This document shows positions 44,107 through 56,400 of a DNA stretch of 64,000 bases, in pieces. The stretch lies in the IMG/VR virus record IMGVR_UViG_3300046474_000142; one strand, 5' to 3'. The stretch comes from a virus (Duplodnaviria; Heunggongvirae; Uroviricota; Caudoviricetes). The translations under genes and the position numbers were made by a program. Position 1 is the stretch's first letter; every line of letters starts with the position of its first letter. The notes under the pieces were generated by a model. That model searched no databases and was not told where the DNA came from. It worked only from the letters and a program-made list of their open reading frames with translations.

Positions 44107-44664
44107 TCAATCTCCTTTGACTTTGACCCGGTTCAGGAACCATCCGTAGATGAAGCCTTCCTGAGTCGGCTTTGTTTTGCACAGCTCGATATATCGGCCT
44201 CCCTGCATTACATTGAGCATACGGAGCAATACCAGCTCCCCTTCCTTACCGCGCTTCAGCAGGTAGGCTCCCAGTGCGGACAGCGTAGCATTGCCAATCA
44301 GCTTGTCCTCTGGCACATCCTTGTAATCGGCTTCCTGCCTGTTCAACAGGTTCAGGGCTGATTGCAGCACGCCTTCAGCGAACGATACGCCGCAGTTGAC
44401 TCCGGTATCACATAACTCAGCCGCAACTTCTGGCGAGAGCATGGCAACCTTATCGAACTTAGGTTCGAACCAGAAGCGGTTTTTGTAAATCTGAATGGCC
44501 AGCGAACGTGGGAGACTCTTCATATCTCCGTAGTATCCGTTAGCTCTCGCAACCGACTCTGTGATCCCGAAGCAGGTAGCACCGCCTGCGTCTCGACTAT
44601 CATTCACGTAACCACCCTCGGCTACGAGAATGCCGTCAATAATCTTATCAACGACATTATCCAT
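44107..44664 (-). CDS. endolysin, glycoside hydrolase family 108 (N-acetylmuramidase) with a C-terminal peptidoglycan-binding region
   Basis: EGGYVNDSRDAGGATCFGIT matches the GH108 signature EGGYxNDxxDxGGxTxxGIT. Confidence 0.7.
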   Translation of the reverse strand: MDNVVDKIIDGILVAEGGYVNDSRDAGGATCFGITESVARANGYYGDMKSLPRSLAIQIYKNRFWFEPKFDKVAMLSPEVAAELCDTGVNCGVSFAEGVLQSALNLLNRQEADYKDVPEDKLIGNATLSALGAYLLKRGKEGELVLLRMLNVMQGGRYIELCKTKPTQEGFIYGWFLNRVKVKGD

Positions 44665-44676
44665 TTCATTTACTCC

Positions 44677-45027
44677 TTAGTTATCGTTCTTACGCACCAT
44701 CTCGATCATCAGCTTTAGCTGCATCAAAATGTTTGCTTCCGTGGACTTGATCTGGTCCGTTAGACGAGCTGAAAGCTGTTCGATTTCTCGATCATGTTTG
44801 GCTTCCAACTTATTGACCAGCTTTTCGGTATCAGCTTTCGCTTCGCATAGTTCCATGTGCCAGCGGGTTTCCATTTCCTGAACGCGGGATGCGTCAGCTT
44901 TGTCTTTGATTTGTTCCGCATGGTTCTTCGATTCATCGCGGAGTAGCTTCCAGATGATACCTACGACTGCGAAAATAAAAGTGAATAGACCGCTTCCGGC
45001 CCATAGCATTACAGCTTCAGTTGGCAT
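44677..45027 (-). CDS. i-spanin-like protein (N-terminal TM plus periplasmic coiled coil)
   Basis: LWAGSGLFTFIFAVVGIIW followed by a charged helical region. Directly upstream of the endolysin. Confidence 0.4.
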   Translation of the reverse strand: MPTEAVMLWAGSGLFTFIFAVVGIIWKLLRDESKNHAEQIKDKADASRVQEMETRWHMELCEAKADTEKLVNKLEAKHDREIEQLSARLTDQIKSTEANILMQLKLMIEMVRKNDN

Positions 45028-45043
45028 TTAAGTTCCCTTTAGT

Positions 45044-45505
45044 TCATTGATTCGGCTTAATTGCCATGAGCAGGTTTCCGTTAATGTGGCCTGCGTTTTC
45101 TCGGAAGTAGTCCTTCCCTGCTTTGGATAGCGCAGCAGCAGCCAATTCAAAACAGAACCATTTGTCCGGTTCTGTCCAGTCTCGATCCGGTGCGAGTGCT
45201 AGGCCAAAAGCTCCCTTATAATCATATGGCTTTCCGACCTGGGTTCTGGCCCAAGCTAGTCCGGCTTCTGCATCTGGTACGTCATACGTAACTTCCGCTA
45301 CAACCGTCTGTCCTTTGAGGGCCACATCCGCTTTAGTACGGCGGACCCCGTGGATCATGGCAGCTTCAATGAAGAAGTCACCGTCCTTAATCAGACAATG
45401 CGAGGCCGGAGCTACGTGGAAGCGAGTCTTCGGTAGCCCCCACCGGATTAGATACGATCCAGGGTTCCATTCTCGCTTGGTGAAAATGACGGTGATCTGT
45501 CCCAT
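45044..45505 (-). CDS. hypothetical protein (possible Cys/His peptidase fold)
   Basis: 153 aa. Conserved-looking C in WFCFELAAA and H in HCLIKDG and AGHINGN. No family could be assigned by eye. Confidence 0.35.
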   Translation of the reverse strand: MGQITVIFTKREWNPGSYLIRWGLPKTRFHVAPASHCLIKDGDFFIEAAMIHGVRRTKADVALKGQTVVAEVTYDVPDAEAGLAWARTQVGKPYDYKGAFGLALAPDRDWTEPDKWFCFELAAAALSKAGKDYFRENAGHINGNLLMAIKPNQ

Positions 45506-45524
45506 TATTATTCCCTTCGTGTTA

Positions 45525-45923
45525 TTAGAGTGTTGCTGCGTAGACGAACAAATCGTCCAGTCCTTTCGCGTCCAGGCCCAGCACTTGTCCGATCTGAATT
45601 ACCAGTGGACGGTTGCGCTCAAAGTTAAGCGAGTCCTGCCATTCAATCAGAGCCATTCCGCGTTGAGTCGCGTTAGGCAGAGCGTTGATAGCTGGCTCAA
45701 TCTTATCGAGCATTCCCTTGAGTAGCAGCGCTTGACGAGCTTGGCGACGGGTTACGACTTGCGGAACCGGAGGCGGAGGTGGGGTAGCATTATCTTCAAT
45801 TTCAACTATCCCGATGGCATCTCGATTCTCTTTACTAAAGAACCAGCCTACGGGATACTGAACATCAGCGATAACGTGGAAGGTATTAATATCAAATTCC
45901 TCCCCTTTAAGCGTATATTTCAT
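45525..45923 (-). CDS. putative tail fibre assembly/chaperone protein
   Basis: 132-aa protein immediately downstream of the tail-fibre-like gene, with a poly-Pro linker PPPPPVP. The call is by position only. Confidence 0.3.
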   Translation of the reverse strand: MKYTLKGEEFDINTFHVIADVQYPVGWFFSKENRDAIGIVEIEDNATPPPPPVPQVVTRRQARQALLLKGMLDKIEPAINALPNATQRGMALIEWQDSLNFERNRPLVIQIGQVLGLDAKGLDDLFVYAATL

Positions 45924-45931
45924 TTGTATCC

Positions 45932-46996
45932 TTAAAAGAACGAAGCGAAGTTCGCGTTAAGCTTGTAGTACACGAACCCCAAATTGTTACCGTTGTCTAT
46001 GCAAGAGCGCGCAATAAAGTTGGTATGTGTATTAGGCGACAATTGAATGTCTTTTAGTACGCAGTAATCAAAGTAGAACGGCGTTGTGAAGTCGTCGCTT
46101 GCGATGTTAGCTGCACTCGTAGCCGCTGCTGACGTAAATGTTACATAGCTCGCAGCGTTTCCGGCCAGCCTCCAAGTACCTGCCTTGCATGTAGTGAACG
46201 TTGGCATCTTAATTACCGTGCCAGCGTCCGCAGTGAACGAGTAAAACACGTTAGAACCAGATTGAAGGGACAACCCGACAGTACCCGTAGCTGCTACCCA
46301 AATTCTCGTAGTAGCGTCGTTGATGACGACTCCGACAATCTTTGAAGCTGGGGTAGCGTCGTTAAACTTTAGCGTCGTGTTTGCAAAATTGAGCGTTGCA
46401 TAAGTTCTAGTTATTAGCGTGCCACTGCTTCCAGTGAACGTCCAAGTTCCACTGCCGAATATGATGTTTGCTGTATTCGCTGATTGTGTACTGTCAACGA
46501 AGATAGGGCAAGTTACATCGTAGCCTGACGCATTGAAAGTTGGAGAGTTGGTAATAAACACTCTGCCAGAAACGATGAGGTTACTAGATAAGTTTGTAAA
46601 AGTGCTCGATGACTTAGCAATCTCCAATGAATTGATAACGCAACTTCCCGTTTTCAAATAGGAATTGTAGATTCCGCTAATTGTCACGCCATCAACCGCA
46701 GCGAATCCCGAAAGATCGTGCGTACTTACTCCGTCTGTTGGTGCGTACAGTACGAACCTGTCGCTCGCTGGGTTCGCAGCAGCGGCCAATGTCATCTTAG
46801 CTCCGGTACACACCAAGTTAGTTATACCAATGACTCCTGAAATGGAGATTGTTCTTGCCGAACCGGAATTAACGTCAAATACAACAGTGTCATTTGGCGA
46901 AGGAGTACTCCCAGTCGGGCCACCTGATGTGGTTGAGAACTGAGTCGAAGACGACGACCATGTTGTTAGTGTAGGTAGTGCATAGAATGTAGCCAT
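45932..46996 (-). CDS. tail fibre-like protein (Ser/Thr/Gly-rich beta-structure)
   Basis: 354-aa S/T-rich low-complexity sequence in the tail gene block. Confidence 0.4.
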   Translation of the reverse strand: MATFYALPTLTTWSSSSTQFSTTSGGPTGSTPSPNDTVVFDVNSGSARTISISGVIGITNLVCTGAKMTLAAAANPASDRFVLYAPTDGVSTHDLSGFAAVDGVTISGIYNSYLKTGSCVINSLEIAKSSSTFTNLSSNLIVSGRVFITNSPTFNASGYDVTCPIFVDSTQSANTANIIFGSGTWTFTGSSGTLITRTYATLNFANTTLKFNDATPASKIVGVVINDATTRIWVAATGTVGLSLQSGSNVFYSFTADAGTVIKMPTFTTCKAGTWRLAGNAASYVTFTSAAATSAANIASDDFTTPFYFDYCVLKDIQLSPNTHTNFIARSCIDNGNNLGFVYYKLNANFASFF

Positions 46997-47006
46997 CTAC
47001 TGCCCC

Positions 47007-47870
47007 TTACATATTGCTAATACTAGACAACAAATCCCATTTCGCATCAGTAGCGTTATAGATGAAGCCTAGATATGTCCACTTGCCAGCGATAGTTGAG
47101 GAAGGGAATGGTTGTTCAGTGGGTGCTCGATACGCAGCGTTGTAAGCAATTGTCCTAGCAGTTCCGTTATCTTTAATCCTATACATAAGTGATTGCCCGT
47201 TAGTCGGGGTTCCTGTCGGTACGCCAAGGACGATTGGCCCTGCCAACGCGGTAATCTCGTACAAGTCCGTGTTGCTGACTGTAGGAGATGGAGCAGTGTT
47301 AGACACTACTGACACAGTGCGGCGATTGAGCGTTCCGTTACCGCCGATGTCACCTGAGCGTTGGAACAGGAGCATGATCGCATCGCCGTCCACAAACGGG
47401 TTGGTGTGGCTGGCTTGGACTGGCGTGACAAATACGCTTCGGAAGCCACTAAGCTGCGTAACAGACGTTACCCCGAACACTGCCCATCGACTCAGGTCGC
47501 CCTGCTTAACGAGGCGGATTGTACCTTTGATGGTACTGGTAGAATCTCCGAACGAGTTCAGTAGAGCTGTTACGTCTGTACCGCCAACGCTGGCTAGGTC
47601 GAGATACAGCACTGTAGACGCCGATTGCGGGGCAAGGCTGCTAAGCCTCATCTTACCGTTGCCGGGGTCGCCTGCTGCTGTTGTTGTAGCATCCAGAATA
47701 TACGGGATTGCATAAGCACCACCAAAGGCAATGCTGTCCAAGTTAGACGCCAACGCATTAGCGTCGTCAGTCCAACCCGGCAATGCTGTCATCCAAGCGT
47801 CTGTGTTAGCAATGAAGGTGTCCGGGTCATCTGTGCGGCGTGGCGCTACTGGTAGTACACGAATTGTCAT
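47007..47870 (-). CDS. tail protein (putative receptor-binding or baseplate component)
   Basis: 287 aa; called by position between the large tail protein and the tail fibre. Confidence 0.35.
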   Translation of the reverse strand: MTIRVLPVAPRRTDDPDTFIANTDAWMTALPGWTDDANALASNLDSIAFGGAYAIPYILDATTTAAGDPGNGKMRLSSLAPQSASTVLYLDLASVGGTDVTALLNSFGDSTSTIKGTIRLVKQGDLSRWAVFGVTSVTQLSGFRSVFVTPVQASHTNPFVDGDAIMLLFQRSGDIGGNGTLNRRTVSVVSNTAPSPTVSNTDLYEITALAGPIVLGVPTGTPTNGQSLMYRIKDNGTARTIAYNAAYRAPTEQPFPSSTIAGKWTYLGFIYNATDAKWDLLSSISNM

Positions 47871-47898
47871 GTATTGTTTCCTTTTTTAAAATGACCTA

Positions 47899-50310
47899 TC
47901 AGGTCAAACCTTCGATAGAAATTGAGCACGCCGAGAAAGCGTTGTACGCAATACTAATATCGAAGTCCTTGTAGAAGCCGTAAATGATCGTGGAGTTAAA
48001 CTGTGTTCGATCTTTACCTGTATTCGACCCGATATAAACAATCGGTGTTGATCGGTACTGAGCTAGCAAGTTTTGTAGCGCATCAACTTGACCAGTTGGA
48101 ACCTGTACAGTGAAGTCGCCCTTTTTACTGAACGCACGCGGGGTAATGTTATAGTTCCCGAACGCGTCTTTAGTCTTTACCGAGTAGTCAACGATGCCTA
48201 CCTTTGCGCCCCACTCTGTAACGCCAATATCCTTTGACAGCCCGAATACCAAGCCGCCTACCTTAGACGTACCGTTTGATTGAAACGTCACGGTGATGAC
48301 AGAGTTAGTGGACAACCCAAGAGGAATTCCGTCAACTAGACAGTCGGGCATCTGCACGATTGGCTCATACAGGTAAGAGTAGAAGTTCTGCACGCCACTG
48401 TTTGAAACCAAATTGACCTTAGCAGAGTACGTAGTAACGCCAGTGGTAAGGTCCGTGAATGCGATCTTCATATTGTTTGCTGCCATATTAAGGCCAGCAA
48501 TCGAGTCAAGACGCGCACCGGGATTGAACACAACGGTTACATCCCCGGCCTGAGTAGTTTGTGATGTAACGCTATCGTCAAACATATCCCAACGATTGTT
48601 GTAACCTGCGTCCAACCAATACGAAACGTTTGTCACTGGTTGGTTATAGTTGTTAGACGCTGCACATGAAAATGCACCAGCCTGCACGCCGACTGTAACC
48701 GCTGCCCCGCCTTTTGTGAGCGAGATTGAGAACGCATTACCTGACGTAGCTAGAACGTAGTAGATGCTGGTATTCACAACGCCGCTGGGCAGCGTCCCGC
48801 CGAATGATACTGCGGTCCCGATTGCTGGGACGTACACAGTTCCGTCAGCTTTCAACATAGTCAAGGGGAACGTCCCGCCTGCGGACGTAGCAGTTCCAAG
48901 TACGCCGGTAATCGACTCATACACCTTATGCGTCGTAGAATCCATTACCCTGCTACCAGTCACATACATCGCCCCTGAATTCCAAGCTACGTAGTCGTTC
49001 TCTGGAACGTTGGAGTAGATAAGGCCGGTATTACTTGCTGCTGCGCGGCTCGCAATCGAATCCGTAGTTGGAATATACGGAGTTGCCACATCATTTTCTA
49101 CCTGAATGCAGGTAACAAGAACAGAGTCTCCGCTCGTTGTTGACGTATTCATTCCGGGGTAAATGTAGAGTGCAGCACTTGCAGCGGCGGTGAACTTCCT
49201 TGTAATCTTAACTACTGTATCGCTTGTGCCGAGCAAATTCATTACAGCCCAGAGTGACCCGCTAATTTGCGAAATTGTTCCAATGCCTGACAAAATCTCA
49301 CACGTAGAATCAGTTGCCGCTCCCCAGTCCGCACCTGTCAGCAGTCCCACGGAAACGGTAGACGCAGTGTTGGCGCGAAGTGCCAGCGTGGTAACAAGAG
49401 TTTCCCCCGCTGCTATCGTGTTGATAACCGCACTGGAACAACTTTCGTTAGCTCCTGTTGTAGCCTTCGTCACCGAGCAATACGGTACGCCGAGATAGGA
49501 CAGGCCGGTGATGGCTCTTGGACATCCGTCCCATGTAGCTTTAGTTAGGTCGCCGGAGTTGCGGATTCGATTGGTAGCAGCCGGAATCCCTGTAGGCCAA
49601 AAGTTATCGGCTCCACGGACGTATGGCACGGCAGCACCCCACGGAACAACAACAGGAGACGTTAGCACTGGTCCAAGCTCTACTTCCGGTAGCTTAACGT
49701 CGATGTAGTCACCAACGGAGCTTTCTACCCAGCAGTAAGCTGTGCCTGCTCCTGTCATTGCTGCTCCTACTGGTGTGTCATAACTCTGCCGCGAAATTCG
49801 CGTCCATTTTCCCACCGGGTCGGACAACGAGATTGGTGCGATGGCACTCAAAAACGAGATACCGCCTGTAGCGGGAGCGTCAACGTAAGGTGCGAACCCG
49901 GTAGTTGTTGCGGTGCCGCGTCTTACGAATGCACCAACTGTATATTTATTTCCACGCATTCCGCCGAATGCAATCTTGATCCCTGCGCGATCCCCCACCG
50001 GGCCACTGATTTTCGTAATACGGATGAAGTTTCCCATTACTGGGTCAGACAAGATTTGCGTAGAGGTCTGCCCCGGCACGGACTCGTAAATGGTCCAGTG
50101 GGAGAAGTCATCGTTACTGATTAGGCATTTGACGCCTGCGGCCTCTGCTAGAGCGAACGGCGGCTTTGTCAAATCCGTAGGATCGTACGTAATACGCGGA
50201 AGGTTTGGGCCTACCGTCTGTGGTGCTCCTGTCTTGTCAAAAATCTGTGCCGATCCGTGTCGGAAATACGACCCTGTTTTTGTTACTTTCACTGGGCGAA
50301 TAATTCTCAT
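47899..50310 (-). CDS. large distal tail/baseplate protein
   Basis: 803 aa immediately downstream of the tape measure gene, with its own promoter. Confidence 0.45.
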   Translation of the reverse strand: MRIIRPVKVTKTGSYFRHGSAQIFDKTGAPQTVGPNLPRITYDPTDLTKPPFALAEAAGVKCLISNDDFSHWTIYESVPGQTSTQILSDPVMGNFIRITKISGPVGDRAGIKIAFGGMRGNKYTVGAFVRRGTATTTGFAPYVDAPATGGISFLSAIAPISLSDPVGKWTRISRQSYDTPVGAAMTGAGTAYCWVESSVGDYIDVKLPEVELGPVLTSPVVVPWGAAVPYVRGADNFWPTGIPAATNRIRNSGDLTKATWDGCPRAITGLSYLGVPYCSVTKATTGANESCSSAVINTIAAGETLVTTLALRANTASTVSVGLLTGADWGAATDSTCEILSGIGTISQISGSLWAVMNLLGTSDTVVKITRKFTAAASAALYIYPGMNTSTTSGDSVLVTCIQVENDVATPYIPTTDSIASRAAASNTGLIYSNVPENDYVAWNSGAMYVTGSRVMDSTTHKVYESITGVLGTATSAGGTFPLTMLKADGTVYVPAIGTAVSFGGTLPSGVVNTSIYYVLATSGNAFSISLTKGGAAVTVGVQAGAFSCAASNNYNQPVTNVSYWLDAGYNNRWDMFDDSVTSQTTQAGDVTVVFNPGARLDSIAGLNMAANNMKIAFTDLTTGVTTYSAKVNLVSNSGVQNFYSYLYEPIVQMPDCLVDGIPLGLSTNSVITVTFQSNGTSKVGGLVFGLSKDIGVTEWGAKVGIVDYSVKTKDAFGNYNITPRAFSKKGDFTVQVPTGQVDALQNLLAQYRSTPIVYIGSNTGKDRTQFNSTIIYGFYKDFDISIAYNAFSACSISIEGLT

Positions 50311-50356
50311 TTGTACCCTTTCTAAATTCTGTTAGCACTGTCGTGCTGTATGCGTC

Positions 50357-50385
50357 ATTTTACCATAGGTAGTGCTAGCTGTCAA
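50357..50385 (-). promoter_or_regulatory. minus-strand sigma70-type promoter TTGACA-17-TAAAAT; the spacer contains GTAGCACTAC
   Basis: The plus-strand reverse complement has tgtcaa at 50380-50385 and atttta at 50357-50362. Confidence 0.5.
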
Positions 50386-50403
50386 TAGATGCCACACAAA
50401 AGA

Positions 50404-50430
50404 AAAGCCACACCCCGAAGAGTGTGGCTT
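50404..50430 (-). terminator. minus-strand rho-independent terminator after the tape measure gene
   Basis: Hairpin agccacaccc-cgaag-agtgtggct. On the minus strand it is followed by TTTTCTTTT. Confidence 0.6.
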
Positions 50431-50435
50431 TCGTA

Positions 50436-53400
50436 TTACGTATCGCTACGTACAGGAGGCATACCGTTCTGATTCCAGTCACGAATGACTTTGAACATTT
50501 CGGCTGTCTTCTGGACGTTAGCTACGTCGCCTTGCTGGATTGCGATAATCAGTTCGTCCAACTTAGCATTAGCTTCAGCACTTGACGCACCTTTACTTTC
50601 CGCTTCGTCAGCGTCCTTCAGACGCTTTTCCAGAGCTGCGTTATCTGCCGCTGGGACGATACGTTCGCCCTTGTGTACCATAGCGAGCATATCTTGCGGT
50701 ACGCTGTTTGTACCTACGTCGAACTTTGGAATCGACTTAAATTCCTCGCTATCGTAGAAGTTCTTCGTAACTTCGGCCATTGAAGCGCCTTTGTTAGTCA
50801 GAGCATCAATCCAGAACGACTTACCAGCTTGATCGCTTGCACGGTGTAGGATGTTTCGGTACAGCGATTCAACTGCTGCCGCCACTCCACCACCTGTGTT
50901 GCCAGCCTCTACAGCGGTGTAGTTAGACTTCGCTACATTTGCTGCGGACAAAGCTGAACCGAAGTTAGCCAAGGCCACTGCAACCGTCATTACGCTGTTG
51001 TCAATTCCCTTCAACGCATCCAGTTGGGCTTTCGCCGTATCAAGCTGCGCGTCCAGTTTATCGAGCTGCTTCTGGTAGATGTCTACTTGGCTGTTACCGG
51101 CCTTTTCCAGCGATGACAGGGAAGCGTTTGCTTCAGCCTGAGCACGTTGGTAGTCCAGTAGCGTTCCGTAACCATCGTCAGTCTGGCTTGAAACTGCCTT
51201 GATAGCGTCGTCAAGTCCCGAAACCCCGGAGATGTCACCACCACCATTCACTGTCGAGATAGCTTGGTCGATAACGGCCATTGCTTTCTTGAACGCGTTG
51301 ATTTGCGAGTCTTTAGGAGCCGTAGCTTTTACTGCATCCCCCAAAGTGGTCAGCACATTTTTCAACGCGTCCACATTGGTTTGGATTTTACCCTTCTCAG
51401 CATTGATTGTCGTTTCCAGACGGCTCAGTGCAGTTTCGGCAACACCTAGAGCGTTGTCGTAAATTTCCTTAGCTGCGGCTACTGCATCGTCAGAGAACAT
51501 ATCTGTGATGACTCCTAGCTTCTCCATCGCAGTTTCCAGCGTATCGAATCCGCCTGCCAGTGCTAGCAGCTTACCGACTTTCAATTGATCCCCAGCGTTA
51601 GCTGCGGCCTCGATCCATGTACGCAATTCTTCGCGGCTCTTAGGTATTGCTGCCCCGGCTGCTGCGAACTGTGCAGTCATGTTCTTAGTTTCAATCGCTA
51701 CCTTTTCGGTATCGGTGAAGTACTTATCGTAGAAGCTTCCGAGAGAGGTTGTCAGAGTCTTCAGATCGCCAGCACCTTTCAGTGTGTCGATGCTCAGCCC
51801 CATTCCAAGCCCTACGTCATCCATCTTCTTACGAGCTGCTACCAAGTCTGTGTAAGCCGAAGTGATGTCGCTGATTGACCCAGAGATGTTCTTCATGATG
51901 TCACCAACTCCGCTCGCCCCTTCTTTCATCAGAATGGATTGCTTCGTGATTTCGTACGCTACGTCGCCGGTCTTGTTAGCAATGTCCATGTAGTTCAGTG
52001 CCGACACACCCAGCTTTTGTAGGGCTACGTTTGCCTGCTCGATCCCACTTGCGACACGGATAACCGTCTGTGCGTAGCCTTCTCCGACTTGCTGGAACGC
52101 CTGCATCTGCGGATAGGCTGCTTTAGCAATCGTATCCATCGCTTCCGAAATCACGCTGTTGATCGCCTTTGTCAGCTCATCGCCTTTCAGGTCTTTCAAC
52201 GAGATTTTGGTAGTCTGCAATACCACACCATCAATCGCTTCTCCAACTGCCTTGCCAGTCGTTCCTAGCGATGTAGCTGCCAGTTCCAGACTTGTTTGCA
52301 GGCCGGTGAAGATTTTACCGAATTGGTCGTTAATCTCCGATCCAGCGTCTGAAGTCAGCATGTTGTTGCTGCTGCTCTTAGACAAACCGAACCAGCTCGA
52401 TTTCGTCGTCTTCACGTTTGCGTACTGGTCAACGCCCTGTCCTGCTTGGATGTCGCTAACCTTACCTCCGAACATAAGTCCAGAGTCGGAGATTTCCTGT
52501 GTAGTTTTACCCCACAGCTTGCTTACCGCAGCTCCCAGAAGTGCTCCTGCAATAGCGCCCAGCGGTCCCATAATAGAACCAATCAGCGTCATAGCCGATC
52601 CTGCTGTAAATCCAGCAGCAGCTCCCACCAGCGCACCACCAGCCATCGAACCAGTCTTGCCCAGAGTTCCGGTCTGAACGTTGAAGTTCGATCCGTCCGT
52701 CACCCCGTTCTGCACTGCCAGCTTAGCCAGTCCAGCCATAGACGCTTCGATGTTCCTCAGCGATTGCAGCATTGCCGAAGTAAGCGGTAGCATCATATCC
52801 GAGTTGGATTTCAGAGAGTCCGTCAGCTTCGTGATAGTTTCAGATTTCGCGTCAGCGTCACCCAGAACACTACCAGTACCCTGATGCTTCTGTACGTATT
52901 CCTTGTCCAGCTTAGGGTCCGCACCGTGCGAGCTTGCACCCGACGCTGCCCATCCCAGTCCCGCCAGAACAGCGCCCATCGCCGCAACACCAGCGAATCC
53001 ACCCCATCCTGATTGCCCGAACATATTGGCAGCACCCTCAATCACGTATGCAGCCGTACGTGCGACCGTACGTGCCATTTCAGCGATGTGGAACACTTGC
53101 GCAATACCGTTCAATGCACGGTAGCCTTTCGAGTTTTTATCAAAGAATCCGCTTGCTGCTTGAGCCATGTCCCCGTACTGTTTCATACGGGTTTCGGCGG
53201 AAGCGTTTTCAGTGTTTTGGTATTTAAGCATGGCTTCATTCAGCTTACCAAGCGACTCGCCTGCGGACCCAAACGCGTCCTTCAGGGATGAGGTAATGCT
53301 CTGTCCGACTTCAACAAACTTACTCTTCATCTTGTCGCCAGCGGCCAGGATTGCTTTGTTGGCTTCCTCAACCTTCTTCAGCGCTTCTGGCGACTTGCTC

Positions 53401-56400
53401 GTGTCTGCGTCAGCTTGTAGAACGTCGCGCTTCTTCTTAGCATCTGCCAGGGCAACTTCAAACTTCTTAGCGGCTTCTGCTGCTGCATCCAGTGTGTCTC
53501 CGATGCTTCGTCCGTATGTCGCGTCCCCAAGCCCTTTAAGCGTCGATTCAACTTTAAGGAGCGATGTGTCGAAAGCGATTGAGTCCTCTTTCAGTTTTGC
53601 GGATGCCGTAGTAGCAGCTTGCAAATCCATGAACTGCCACATCAACTTCAGCCACACACCGCCAGAGCGCTCTGCCTCAGCCGTAACCTGATCCAGAATG
53701 ATCTTGCCATCCGAACCCCATTTCAATGCTGCGGCCTCCGAGAACTTACCCTCTTCTTCCAGCGACTTAACGCGCATAGACGTAAGCATTGCTTGGGCTT
53801 CGCGCTCCGCTGTAACACGGTTAGCTACGCGCATCTTCTCAGCTTGAGCAGCGGTTTCGTTAGCACGTTCTGCCTCGGCATTGAATCGCTCAACGTCAGC
53901 GGTTTTGTCTGCCTTACCATCTTTGCCCAAGTGCGCCGCAGCGACTTTAGCTGCTGCAACAGAATCACGAGCTACACGGTTGGCAGTTTCGATTTCCTTG
54001 TCTGCCACTTGATCGATCAATTGTAGGCGTCCCATCTGCCCAGCTTTGAACTGCTCGTTAGCTTCCGCACGGGCGTTTTCAAGCGACTGGTTAGCAGCCT
54101 TGATGTCGGTAGTGTACTTTGCGATTGCCGCAGCGTACGCATCCGCGTCCGATCCTCCCTTACCTGAGAGTTCTCCGTCACCAGTGGAAACGATGCGGTT
54201 CTTCTTAGCCTCTGCGTCGGACCAATCAGCGTTCATTCCTGAAACGTGGTTAAGTGCCTCAACAGCGTTCTTAGCCCTTTCGGTCTGGATCGCTACGTTC
54301 TTCTGTGAGTCGGCGTAGTTACGGGTTGCTGTGACGTAGTGCGATAGATTATCGAACAGTCCGGTCTGGCCGAGGGTGAAGATGCCCTTACGCTTTTCCA
54401 GTGCTGCTTTCTGCCCTTCCTCGTCAAGCGCCATAATGGCTTGTGCTTTAGCCTTTTCACCAGCCGTCAGCTTTTCCCAGTAAATGTTTCGCTCGTCCAG
54501 CAGCTTGTTCAAACCAGCTTTAGCGTCGTCAACGGCTTTCTTGGAAGCTTCCTTGCGCTCACTAGCTTCTTGTGCGCGTTGTGCCGCAGCGTCGGAACCG
54601 TACTTAACGCGGAGGTTGTACAACTCAACCTGCTTTGCAGTTTCCTTCTGTACTTGGGCAACGTAGTCTTCCAGATTACCTTCTGCGTCCTTATTGCTAA
54701 GGGCGCGGTCTTTCTGTTGCTTGTACATCTGCCATGCGAATGTCAGTCCTGCGATAGCAACGGCAATCGGGCCTAGCGCCGCAGTGAACGTTGCGGCTGC
54801 GCCCACTGCTGCACGAATACCACCAGCCATTTCTAGGAACTTCGCGCCTGCAATACCCATCGCTACGTCACGTAGGATCGCAGCGTTATCAAACAGTACC
54901 TTCGTGAAGTCCACCAGAAGGCTAATTACAGTCTTCAGGCCGTTTTTAAACTCGTCTGAAGCGAAGGCGCTTTGCAGCGCTCGTGCGATAGAACCGATCT
55001 GTGGCTGGATGTCTTTGAACACCTGACTAAACGTCGTTTGCAGCGTGTTCTTTACAGCTTTAAATTGGTTCTCAGTAGTCTGCGACATCGCAATAGCAGC
55101 AAGTGCGGCAGTAGCGGCTGACTCCCTGATAGAGTCTTGCAGCTCTACTAGTTTGTTGTGAGTGGCATCGACTTTAGTACCGTATCGCTCGGTATCGTCT
55201 GCTGCTTGGTGCAGCAGCGAAATCAGTGCAGCGCCTTCACGCAAGCCCTGTTGTCCGAACAGTTTCACCATCGCCATATTTCGGGCTTTGGAGTCAAGCG
55301 TACCCATACCGGCGTCTAGCTTCTGGATCACTTCGACCAGTGGCAGCATAAATCCATCTGCATCACGGAAGCTAGTGATGGACAGTTTCATGTCCTTCAG
55401 CGTTTTTGTTACCTTATCCGTTGAAGCCGACAGGTCTTTATACAGGTTCTTCAAGGCTGTACCAGCAGCAGTTCCCTGTATACCAAGGTTAGCTACGGCA
55501 GCAAGACCCACCGCGATGTCCTGCAACGTAGCGCCGTATGTAGTGCCAATAGCAGCAGCGGACTTGAACGCTCCCGAAATACTATCAACGCTTGACATCG
55601 ACGCAGCAGCGGTTTTCACGATAACGTCGGAAATGTGGTCGAAGCTGGCGGCTGAATAGCCCAAGGCCGATCCGACCTGCACAAGCGTCTCTGCTGATTT
55701 CTCGATAGAGACTTCGCCACCGATTGCGAGGTTAAGCGCTGCCTTCACACCGGCCATTGCTTGTGTTGCATTCAGGCCAGCCAGGGTCAGCGTCTTCAAC
55801 GCTTCAGCAACTTCTTGTGGACCGCTCACACCAGTACCAAGGGTATTAATGGTGTCTGACAGTTTAGCCATCTCGGAGGTCGATGCACCACCCAGGACAC
55901 GAATCCCTTCTAGCGTTTGCTCGACATCCTTTCCAACAGTGATAACGCCCTTCAGCGAGGCTCCCAGCGCAATACCTACGGCCATACCAGCTAGGTTGCC
56001 GTACGTGACCCAGAGCGCTCCTAGTGAACCGGAGAGGCCACGAGCTAGTGCGTGACCTTCAGCCATAGCTGCGTTCTGTCCGGTTTGTGCTGCGGAGGCT
56101 GCACGGGTAGCCCTAGCTAGACGTTCCTGTGCCGCGACCAGTGCGTTGATGTCCGCTGTGGCAGCAGCCGATCCGAAGCGTTGTGTTGCGTTACCACCTA
56201 GCGCTCCGTAAGCTTGCGCTTCGCGTGCTGTGCGGATTTGGCTAGCGATGCTTGCGGTCTGGAAGGAAGCGTTCATACGGCGTTGACGCTCGTCGTCGGC
56301 CAATTGCTGTCCAGCCGCAGCTACACGCATTGCGTGCATTTCTACGTCACGCTTTTCTTGGATGGCCTTGATACGGGCAGACTGCTCTTGTGCAGCAGTC

